This document shows positions 43,900-54,929 of a stretch of DNA of 64,000 bases, piece by piece. Under the pieces are notes generated by a model that was not told the origin of the DNA, searched no databases, and saw nothing but the letters and a program-made list of their open reading frames with translations. The DNA lies in NCBI RefSeq assembly GCF_003704095.1, contig NW_020845487.1, forward strand, positions 62,001-126,000, given 5' to 3'. Source of the DNA: Pocillopora damicornis. Its lineage: Eukaryota. The first letter of the stretch is position 1, and each line of letters starts with the position of its first letter. A program made the translations under genes and the position numbers.

Positions 43900-45964
43900 C
43901 TGTTAAGAACGACATGAAATCAGCACGTTACTGGGTTACTTCATTCATACATCTTGTAAAAGCATGCTTAAGACATAAACGCAAGATCAGGCCAGCTTCG
44001 TATTAAGAGATGTTTACTGCCTTAACTTTCATGGCAGACGTGAATGCAGACATGACTAGAAGAAGGTTTCATGTTGACGAAGCTGCCCTGTCTATGGGTT
44101 TGCCAAAGTAAACAATCGAAAATTTTTAAAGGGCAGATCGCAAAAAAAGATACTCACCAGCAATAGTGAAGAGAAGCTGGCGAGTGGTTAGCACACTCAG
44201 CGTCTTTGATGCAACGAGACTGTGTAAGTACACGCATATCTCTTCCTTCCACCAGTAGATATATTTAAAGAAAAGAAGGTTACGAAACTGCACGCTTCTC
44301 ATAGTCAGACTGGAAAAGACTCGGGTTGCGGAAGTGCATTTCCTAAACATTGTGCGAATGAATACTGCTTTGACTAAACGTGGGCAGGGCAGCTATCGCC
44401 AGCTTTTCTTTATCTAAGTTATGTGCTTTTATTTGAGCGACTTATCGAAAGGCACAGAAGCTAAAGAATCCGCGATCCTGAGGTGTGTACGGTAAATGCC
44501 GAAATTCGAAAAGAATGCCATACTCCACGAAAAATACTAACTGTACAAAAAGTATTTCCCTTTTGCATGTTGTAAAGCCAAAAAAATGTGCGGGTAATCT
44601 TTGTTGTTATGCATTTTGTTGCTTTGTAGTAATTGGGATGAATAGTGAAATAAATCTAAACATCCTACAAGAACCCTTCAAGATTCTTGATCTCTATTAT
44701 TACAATTTTAACTAGTAAAGATTTGCATTAACTTTCTTGAAAAACCCCAAGAAAAGAAGATATAGTTTTCTCTAACTGGTCTCAGTTTTTGACAGGAAAA
44801 TAAGATAAGTTACTAATTTTTCAAATTTGATTGCAACCGTTGGTCATGAGGAATGCAACTGAATGGACTATCGGCTCTCATTCATATTTAGAGAACATCA
44901 TTAGTTCATATGTCAGTGTATTCGATTTTAATTGAGTAAGCAGTGGAACTGCTATCTAGTTGAGTAAAAAAACAACAAAACAAAAACAGAAACTACTTGG
45001 ACTGAATGTATCTCTCAGTCCCAATGACTGCTATTTCGTTTTTCAGTGACCGCCCTCCTTTTTTTTTTCTTTTTTCAAATGTCTCACCATTCAATGATTT
45101 TGTAAGACTTAACTGGACTGGAGACTGGAGTTGCTGATTTTTACTAATTATGAAGAACGGCTATATTTATTATCTCAATTATCAAAGGAGCACTTAAGAG
45201 TCGAGGCTCGGATCAATGTGCAATGAGCCTTGAACCATTACCGTCTCAATCATGAGATTGGGTGATATATACGAATGAGAATGGGAAAAGACATTAACCA
45301 CCACAAAATTGATTCATTTTATTTACTAGCATGCGTTCATGCGAGTTGGTAAGCTCATGCAGGATGATGGAATGATGGGTGATTAAATGTTATTTTTCAA
45401 AAATAGTTTCTTCAAGGACACGTTTCTCGCTGGAAACGACTTTTTCTTTCGTAATTGATAATTATTATTTTGCCTCATCGGGGGATATTGCTTTGTTACA
45501 TTTTTTTCTTACATGTAAAAATTATTTCGAGGCTTTCGCTCATTTTAAAAATTGTCCAGACAGAGCATACGTCGAGAAACTACTCCTCGCGAGGTGACAT
45601 TTTGCCAATGATCAAGGGACCTGTAAGATAAAATAAAAGGGGTCAAAGGAAGTAAGTAATAATTATACAAATAGAATAAGTCCAAAAGAGGTTTAACATA
45701 CAAAAAAGTGTTACGCTGCTTTTTTATGATTTACAACTGAAATTCATCTTTAATTCACAAAGGATGACATTTGTTTTACTTGCTAAACGATATATTAGAT
45801 ATGTTGGGAATATAGTGTAGGGTAGTCTCTTTTTGGTCAAAATTTTAATCACCGTCGAGTATACACAATTCAAGTCAAAAAATAAAAAGCCCTACGGCAT
45901 TTCCAAAATGAGTGTTCTCCATTCCAAGGCAAATACAAAATGGCTAGAAAAATATTTTACTCGC

Positions 45965-47034
45965 CTAGTATAATGGAAAGGGGAAGCCACCATTGAATGG
46001 ACCAAGACCGTGCAAATATCCGCCATATCCGTAGGGGCCATATCCGTAGGGTCCATATCCACCGAAAGGTCCATAACCAAGACCGGCACCAAAATCGCCA
46101 TATCCATAACCACCATATCCGAAGCCACAACCGCACCGCTTTTTGACATCAGCTCTTTTTACAGGACCTGAATATTTTAAGAAATAATTAGCACTAGTTT
46201 CATTTTTCTTTCTTTTTTTAATGCTACTGACTTTCCTCTCATTTACAAAATAGTATCAGAAAGCTGACTGAGTTCGATATTTCCAGATTATTTGCTTCTT
46301 TTTCGCGAATGAATATAAATAAATTAATCTTCCTCAGAATCCCACTGAAGTCTTATCAGAAGACCTTTGGGATGTTTTAGTTATTTCAGAGAGTTTCTCT
46401 CACTGAAACGAAAAGAAAAGAAAGAACGAGACAACAAAAAGCAAAGCCTTGGTTTCTCATTTTACGTCCCCATGGGTGATAGATAACACTATATCATCAG
46501 TAAGAAAAAGGTTTTGTCGCCACCTTCCGTGACGTGGAGCTATTAACTTTAAAAGGTGACACTGCTTACTCCTCCGCCAATATGAAGTCTAAAGGAGTTA
46601 CATTCCTTTCAAAAGTAGCTGTTGGAAGATCCACACAAAAAAATAGCAATTTGTCAATGATTTAACGTTACAAACAGAACAAATCAACTCACCTACACTC
46701 TTCTTTCCGCCGCAGCATCCATGAGAGTTAGGACAATGACACATTGGCTTGGGCTTGAGCGGCGTGAATTTAAACTTGGGTGGATCGCATTCGCAGCAGC
46801 AGGGCCACATGCAAGGCCACTGACATTTTCCCTTCGGTGGTTTTTTCTGACAACATTCACAGCACGGATTGTTTACACATGCACCGAAAGTGACGGGGAA
46901 GTTAAGTTGCGGGCAACAACCGCACCCACAGCTTCCACAAGTTTGGGGGCATTCGAAACCGCCACAGCAGTTACCGCAGCCGCAACCCTCACCTGGTTCA
47001 CCCCAGGAACCACAACCACACCGTTTTTCTTGAA
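45965..47034 (-). CDS. Gene E cassette 1: Cys-domain exon 46693-47034 plus Gly/Tyr peptide exon 45965-46167 (377-aa isoform with exon 1)
   Basis: Phase-1/phase-1 exon of 342 nt: VQEKR-CGCGSWG...CCPQLNFPVTFGACVNNPCCECCQKKPPKGKCQWPCMWPCCCECDPPKFKFTPLKPKPMCHCP...GGKKSV. Next exon GPVKRADVKKR-CGCGFGYGGYGYG...FPFPLY*. UTR exon acceptor at 45620; AATAAA at 45318-45323. Confidence 0.85.
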
Positions 47035-48065
47035 CTATTCATGCAATCGGTATCATGCAACATGCAAAGAACAACATGCAAATACCATAAAGTTAGTTCA
47101 TGCAATATACCTTTGCTAGGCAAATATCACACTGATTTGACGGGATTCACATTTTTGGGCAGTTTTGTCAGACATAACTATAGATACTGTAATAAGCAAT
47201 CAAATTAATCACATTACCCCTATTTTCCAATTATTTATGCTAATGTCTAATGTACGGAAAAGATAGACCACGTAACGGACATAATAATTTTCTTTTAATT
47301 TCATTGTCATTGAAACTAAAGCATGAGTCCAATCTCTTGGACTGGACTGATTAAAGAGCCGAGCACAGTGATTTTAAGGTTTTTTAAAATGATTTTCCAT
47401 CCATTGTCAGACCTGATCACCTTTACTTTGAAGAAGACCAAACAACGAAAGTTGTTTGTGCCACAATAGCTGAGCTATACGGGAATTTGGAAAGCAAGGA
47501 TAAGTATAGATGTCTTTTCATCTATTTTGATAAGTAAAAAATGAAGCACAGCCTTGAGTTCATCATTTCTGCTCCATGGATACAGGTGGCTGATCACCTG
47601 CAACCCTTTCATGCTTCGATAAGCGCAGCGAGAAAAATGTTTTAAAATTTTTTTAAAATGAAAATTCTCTGCACTTTATGGTTATCATCAGTGTCGTATT
47701 TTGTACTTTTCTTAATCTGGAAAGTAATTCGTGAATTTTAGTCCTTAAGTCTGTAGACAAAACAATCATAAAACACTAAAAAGTCATGAAAAATTAATGA
47801 TTTTGGCTTCGTGATTAGATATTGTTCTCGAAACTAAAGTTCTGGTCCGCAATCATAGTTTCATTTCTAACCCTTGTTAGAAACTGAAAATGTGAAGGCT
47901 AAACCAAGTTGTTTTACTAAAAAGGTAAAACAGAATCTTTTTTACAATAGCTTGTCTTGAACATGAGTTACTGATATTTGAAAGTTATTTCAAATATACT
48001 CTACATATAGTTAAAATACATGATCATTAGTTAACGAGGTATTAAAAAATAGGAAATGATGTTAC

Positions 48066-48654
48066 CTTGTGTGCTCTTCACTGCCTTTTTGTCATCATCC
48101 ACGGAACGCTTTTCGGGTTTGTCCTTCTCTTTGTCTGAATCTTCAATCACAACTCCTTTGATTTTTCCATTACCGCTTCCCTGAAGCACCAAATGCTCGG
48201 AATCAAGATCTACATTTTCTTCCCCAGACGAGTCTTGATCGTTCTGTTGATCATTGAGATCAGGTTCCTCTTCTTTGTCGTCTTCCTCTTCTTTATCGTC
48301 TTTCTTCTCTTCCTCGTCTTTTTTATCATCATCATCATCCTTACTTTCTTCGTCTTCCTTCTTGTCATCATCATCTTTCTTCTCCTCGTCTTCCTTTTTG
48401 TCTTCATCGTCCTTATCGTCTTCGTCGTTTTTGGTTTCATCTTCCTTCTCTTCATCTTCCTTACTTGCTTCTTCATCCTCTTCATCCTTGGCCTTGTCGT
48501 CGTCACTGGCCTCTTCAGCTTTCTCCTTAGCCTCCATTACCTCCATAAAATTTTCATTTTCTAACTTGTAAGATGATGCTACAGGAACTGCTGTTGCTTG
48601 ATAAAGCACCACTAACAAAGTGAAAACTACCAAGAGCCAGGTAGTTTTCATCAT
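48066..48654 (-). CDS. Gene E exon 1: signal peptide plus Asp/Glu/Lys-rich propeptide, shared leader of the cassette array
   Basis: MMKTTWLLVVFTLLVVLYQATA-VPVASS, about 90 aa of D/E/K runs, then ...PEKRSVDDDKKAVKSTQ G|gtaac (phase-1 donor at 48066). Confidence 0.88.
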
Positions 48655-51071
48655 CTTCCACTGCTGTTTTTCCTAGACCTTTGGCACGGCTTATGGGAGT
48701 ATCGTAAACAACAACAATGTAACTAACTCTTCTCGCCTCGATCTATTGTCTCATAAACTGCCATAAAATGACTTGAAATTAGGTAAGATTTGAAATATTT
48801 ACGTCGTGAATTTTGGTTGGCTAGGGTGCTCTATTGTGTGATTACTTATTCTTTAATATTATTGGTTAGCAGGTAAAGGGGCAAATTAGGTAACACCTGA
48901 TTATGCGAAATCTGGAAACAATCGATGTCAAGCCTCCGGTCGGCTTTTGTAATAATTAATCCGTAGTTTGTAGAAATCAAGATTTGCATTTTTTCCTTAA
49001 GTGTGTCATCAAAAGAAAGAACTAGTGAAACATATCTTCCAGCGTCCTCCATAGCATAAAACGCCATTTTTAATTTCAAAATTCCTATTAATTTTTTAGT
49101 GCTTTCTTTTCTTGTTAACTCGAGCATTAAATAGTGCACCTGAATGGCTGAATACACCACCTATCGCAAGCGTCAAGCTTGAAGAGACATCTATTTATTG
49201 CTTTGTGTTTAAAATTAACCACATGTGACCATTTTGCCACAAATATAAGTCAGTAAAGTTAAAACCACTATTTGATAAAAAATGGGGTATTCTAAGACTG
49301 AAAACCTTGTAAGAAATTGTAATTGATCTGTTCACGGCTTATCGTGGCGAGCAAAGAGAGAGGAACTTCCATCTGTGCTATAGATTAAGGGAATGACAAT
49401 TGAAATTCAGAAGTCTAGCGGAGCCCTGAAACAATATCAAATCTAGCGATACGAACTAATGTGAAAAGTAATAGCGTCATAGGTTAAAAGAATTAAAAGC
49501 TGTTTTTGTTTGTAATTTAGTCAATGTACTATCCCCACTTTTCAAGCTAAACAAATAAAAAAGAAATTGAAACACTTCAATGAAAAAATGCAAATTCATC
49601 ATCGAATAAGCGCTAAATGTGGAACTTTTTGCGAAAAAAATCCAGACTTCATGAAAGTCATCCGAAGTGTAACTGAAAAGTGGAAAAACCTGAACAGTGA
49701 ATGGTGCCCCTAGTCCTCTTTCTCGTTTCCGCGACTTCCTTGGAAACTCCTGTCTTAACATGTTTGTATATATACTTTCACAGTTATCGGAGGTAGTTGA
49801 TCGAAAGTTATTTTGTAGTACAAGTATAACTTTCCTTAAAAATGGACCGAGGATGTCGCTTAATCGTGGTGTAAGTGTCGCTCTTAAGGATATAGAAGTC
49901 GTTCCTTTTTTATCTTACATACTTAGGACACCTAAGGAGAAAAAAACGGCGAGGAGTATTGGATGTCTCTCAGTTGATGATTATTGAAAGTATCTTTGTT
50001 ATAATTTGAGTTTGTGAATTCAATTCTATTGTTATTCATGTCAACAGTAGACAAAATAAGTCCACATATAATATTGACGCGTATAAAAACAGAATGACCA
50101 AGTCATATCTTGTGTTCAGCGCTGGTACCTGTAAGAATTAATTGCTGTACCACCACATGCTGTCAACATCCACATCAACCAACCCTTAGAGGCTAATTTC
50201 AATTTTTTTCCTCTGCTGCAAAGATATTAAGCGCACAAAGTGGAATAATCAGTATAACATGATTTGAATCTGCTCGGCGAAATAATTTTTAAAAGGCCTG
50301 AGTTTCTCCTAGTAATTGCTTTAGTGTATACAAACATTTGGTGATAAACATTTGAAATGTAAGTGTTTGTTTGATGCTTTGAGCGATTTCCAAATTAAGA
50401 AAGTTTTAAGAATGGAATGCTCGGTAAAACCTTTTTCACATCGGACACACTGTGCTTAAATTTCTGTATCGGTAGTTAATTGCCAGTGCGTGTGGTTTTG
50501 CCAAGAATCGTTAACTATCCGACCTGGCTCCACATTTCGAAAGGAAAATTCCTAGGATTTCGAAAGGAAGTTCGACCCCCCCATGCCCTCCTCTAACTCT
50601 GTTGAATTTTGACCTCTGCGTCTAGCAAAATCAAAACCCTATTGTCTCTTTGGTTGTGCAACAGAAGCGATTAAAGAAAAAAAAGAAAGAAAAGGAATGA
50701 CTTAATAAAGAATTCCTAAATAGAATACTTGCAGCTGTCTCGTGACTTTAACCTATGTTTGTTTCTAATTAGTGTAATCTCAAATTCACGATATATCTTA
50801 AAGGTGGTTTTGCTATTACCGTATTAGGGGACGAAATCAGTTGCAGAATTTTTGAATGTGAACCTGCGGATAATTGTTACTTAAAATGTATTGTCAGACA
50901 TATGAGTAAAAATAGACACAAACATCACTACTATGCTAATTGTTTATTTCATGTCGACCCTTCTGTTACACATGATCATATATACAATTTTATGACGATA
51001 TTGTGGCACTTAAGGAGGTTTGTTTTTTGATATTTTGTTACTAATAATCGGTAGACTTAAATGACCATCTC

Positions 51072-52439
51072 TTAGTGATGTTGTGGCTTGGAGTGTGCAG
51101 CAGCGATCTGCGGATTGACAACAGCAGGCGTCCTCTCTGAGGCATTTGACTTCTTACAGCAACAATGGCAGCAGCAGGGACAGCAGTGGCAGCAGTGGCA
51201 GCAGCATGGGCAGCAGCACTCGTGGCAACAGCAACAACATGGTTCGCAGCAGTGGCAGCAACAGCAGCATGGTTCGCAGCAGTGGCAGCAACAGTCGTGG
51301 CAGCAACAGTCGTGGCAGCAGTCACAGCAACAGCATTTCTTGGACCCTTTTCCCTTTCTTACCGCTTGACTTCCATCGGCTTGCGCCATTATTGGTGCAA
51401 CAGCCAAGATACCCGGGTTATCTGACACTTGCGCTGCTACAGTTGAGTGTCCTGTATTTGAACGAGAGTTGCATTTGCAATCACATCGCCTCGTGATGTT
51501 TGTCTGAATACTGCCACTTTCTGCATCTTTTTGGTTCTTGCATTTGCAATCCTCTGGCCTGCAATTCTTTATCGTTGCGCTTGAAGAGTCACAGTTACAT
51601 TTTCCTTTGTCTCTCAGACACTTTTTTGCGTCTCCTTGCGAGCAATCACACTTTCCGTCGATATTTTGTTCCTCTTTTGCTGGAATTTCACAAGTGCATT
51701 TATTGGCATCGGCCTCTTTCCTTTCGTCTAAAATAAAAAAAAAAAATACAGGTTTAACATACGATCAACTTCATGCTAACCAAAGAAACGGTCACAAAGG
51801 TTTGACGTTGTTTTATATGGAGAAGAAGTAAGTTGGTCAACCCTCTGGAGGGTATGCAAATCAACAAGGTACTTTCAAAGCAAACCCCGTCGAGGAAAGT
51901 AGTGAATGAGATACCAGTAAGTCTCTTGGCGAGTGTTTAAGAGTTCTTGTGTGTCAACACGCTCCGAATTTGACCCAGCATAATATATTAATTACTTTAA
52001 AGCCAATGGCTTATTGTAACTTTATTTTCTCATAAATCAGGTTTAAAGTAACTTATCTTCTTATATCTTATCAAAATTCGTTCTTTTTAATTTTATGGAA
52101 TGTTTTGGGTTGCTTTCTGTGAACAGCCGCACTAATTGTCGTTGGAGTTTGCTTGTTTTCTTATGATCGTGAAAAAAATGATCTGAAACGAAACAATTTC
52201 TCTCTCATTTGAGCACCAAAAAAAATCGACGTTGAAACATCAAAATCAGTTCACTACTGCAGCGAATGATTTCTCGATGGATTCGATCCGTCAACAGAAA
52301 TAAACCCTTGCTATGAAGTTATCCTCGTTCTCACTTCAAACAACAAATCCTTACCGTGATTTGCCTTGATTGATTTTCCTTCCACTAATAAGAAAACACA
52401 ACTTAACATAGAAAAACAAAGAAACACTGTCGCCTTCAT
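51072..52439 (-). CDS. Gene F: secreted ultra-high-cysteine Cys/His peptide precursor, 2 coding exons, 246 aa
   Basis: Exon 1 52355-52439 MKATVFLCFSMLSCVFLLVEG-KSIKANH G|gtaag; exon 2 51072-51727 after a ttttag acceptor (phase 1). KCxC-repeat pro-region, then SKK-CCCCDCCHDCCCH...CCC-KKS (59 aa: 41 Cys, 8 His) and tail AAAHSKPQHH*. Confidence 0.85.
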
Positions 52440-54222
52440 AATGACGCACAAAACAAACCAGAGAAAGAACTCGGTGAGTCCAGTGATTGAAGTGTTGCCT
52501 TTATGATGTAATTTACCCTTAAAAATCAATTGAACTGGTGACCTTTTGTTAATTTCGTGATTTGAATACGACCATATATTATATGCGATTTGTTTATGCA
52601 TCAGAACTTTGTTTGATTTTATGACTTGCATCTTTTTGGCAAAAACGGATAACAGTGATCTTCATTTAGGTCATCAGGCAACTATTTTAAGGAAAGTGAA
52701 AGACACTTTAGTTCGTGTTATAACCGGCAAGGGTGTTCCAATTTGCGAAATCATTGAATACATGTCAAATGGTCACTTCCGGGAATGGTGCTTCAACGAA
52801 CTAATTTAATTTTACCAGAGAAACCAGAAAAGTTGACTTGCACTTTAACTTGAACTATGGCTCAGAGAGACAGCTGGTCATATTTTTGCACCTTTTAACA
52901 TACTGATCGAAATGACATGTGTTGTTTTCTTAGTTGCTCACGCAAAAACTGCAAAAAACACCTTACAATTTCCACTGAACTAACAAATGGATTTCACGAT
53001 TGGTTATCCCTCTCTTTTTTCTGTTTGAATGTGTATTGCAGTGAAAAATCACCTTTTCCTTTATTCTAAAGTTACCAATGTGTGCGCTTGCCGTAACAAA
53101 AAGAAAACGCCTTACGCAGAGATCAAATGCTCGTGTCTGCTGCTTCCGTGTTATTGGAAGGATTTTCTTTTTCGGAGTAACATGATAGGCGGGGATGCTG
53201 GGAAATATCTTCAGGTATCAACCTGTTAGCACTCATTTGCAGTTTGGGGAAAGCTAGAAGAATGTGGCAGTGGCTTGTCCCGGGATAAGTGCTGGTCTAA
53301 TGTTTCGAGTAAACAAATGGTTCTCACTCACAGACATTGCAATTGCTTGAATGATTAGCCAAAAGAAAAACTAAATAGATCATAGATCATAATTATTATT
53401 ATTTCGTTCCTCAATGTCTCTGAAAACCCTTTGGAAAACACTACGAGTTTCAAGTTGTGCCATGCAGAACTAGATAATCGAGTAGAATATATCTGTCCCG
53501 TGAGAATTTCAAACTTTAATTGCACAAAGCTTGACAATATTTGGGAACTCGCGAGAAAGTTTCATGCTTCTGCAATATTATAAAAATCTTAGAATTCAAT
53601 GCGTTGATCGATTCATTTTATTTCACATTCGCATTTCAAACAAACACCATTAAACAATCTCACATCATATCCCTAAATATGGTTACACTTTGCACATATC
53701 ACATTTAAATACAAACAGTCAAACTAATTGCTCGCAAAAAACGATGTAAACACTAATATTCATTGTTCTTGACAAAAACGATTCGTCTGAACATCAGAAG
53801 AGGTATATATCAGGTGACGCGTCATAAAGTATTTACGCTGCAATGCACTTGGAACCATATGACTCTTTCCGTTCCTGACGAGCTCACGTGATCTTGATGT
53901 AGCAAAATCGCTAAAGGCTTTGTTTCTCGATAAAGTTCGTTAAGACTCTTATAAGACTTTCCTTTAGTATACCTGTCACCTCAACGGATAGAGGATAAAT
54001 TTTGTTTCAATTTATATACTGACTTTCAGATCTAATTATTTACCAATTTCCTTACTTCTCTGACATTTTACCGTTATGTAACTTCCATTATGAAACAATT
54101 TCATCGGCAGCGGACGTCATTTAGCTTATGCCCTGTATGTTGCAGCGATAGGCAGAGGAACACGCAAAACGATGGTCTACAATCAGAATATGTTTTTCAA
54201 AATTAGTGACGATAATTTCGAT

Positions 54223-54929
54223 TTAATGATGGATTGGGCGGGAGGCGGCAGCTGCGGCGGCGGCAGCCAATGCAGCGGAATTGAGTTGTTCCTTGGACTT
54301 TTTGCAGCAGCAGCAGCATGGACAGTGGCAACAATGATGGCAGCAGTGACAGCAGCATGGCTCACAACAGTGACAGCAGCAGCATGGCTCACAACAGTGG
54401 CAGCAACAGCAGCATGGCTCACAGCAATGACAGCAACAATCGTGACAGCAACAGTCGTGGCAACAGTCATGGCAGCAGTCACAGCAACAGTCATGGCAAC
54501 AATCACAGCAGCAATCGTGACAACAGTCATGACAACAATCACCGCAACAGCATTTCTTTGTAGAATTGATTTTTTTGCCGATACCAAGCTGAGGCGATAT
54601 GGCAGATGATAGTTTCACGGCTCCTATTACAGCGGGGTCTGCTGGTCTTGGAATTCCTGCCTTGGCCTCTCCCTCTTTGCATTTACAGTTGCATTTCTTC
54701 CCACCTCCAATTGCGGCAACATTTTTGCATTTTTCTGCTTGTGCCTTACAATCACATTTCTTGGGTTGATCTTTGTGTGTACAGTTCTTGGGTTGATCTT
54801 TGTGTTCACACTTCTTGTTTTCAGTGTACGTACCGCCACATTTTTCGGGCCACTCTGATTTCTTCGTCTCCTCGGTACATTTCTTTTTAGGTTTTCCACT
54901 GCATTCACAAGAATCTTTCACTTTTTGCT
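54223..54929 (-). CDS. Gene G: paralog of gene F exon 2; 5' exon not located
   Basis: Acceptor catgcag| at 54929 (phase 1). KKCxC repeats, then TKK-CCCGDCCHDCCHD...CCCCC-KKS (83 aa: 53 Cys) and tail AAAAAAASRPIHH*. Confidence 0.8.

Noticed and set aside
44126-44350. Minus ORF with a phase-1 g|gtgagt donor upstream of cassette 2, a possible private first exon
   Set aside because: No signal peptide or similarity to exon 1 and no equivalent before cassettes 3-5. Kept only as a caveat to the shared-leader model.
51041-54609. Ala/Thr-, Gln/Trp- and Ser/Asn-rich ORFs overlapping F and G; metallothionein label for F and G
   Set aside because: The alternative frames lack a leader and splice continuity. 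The signal peptide, propeptide and CCC runs do not fit classical metallothioneins.
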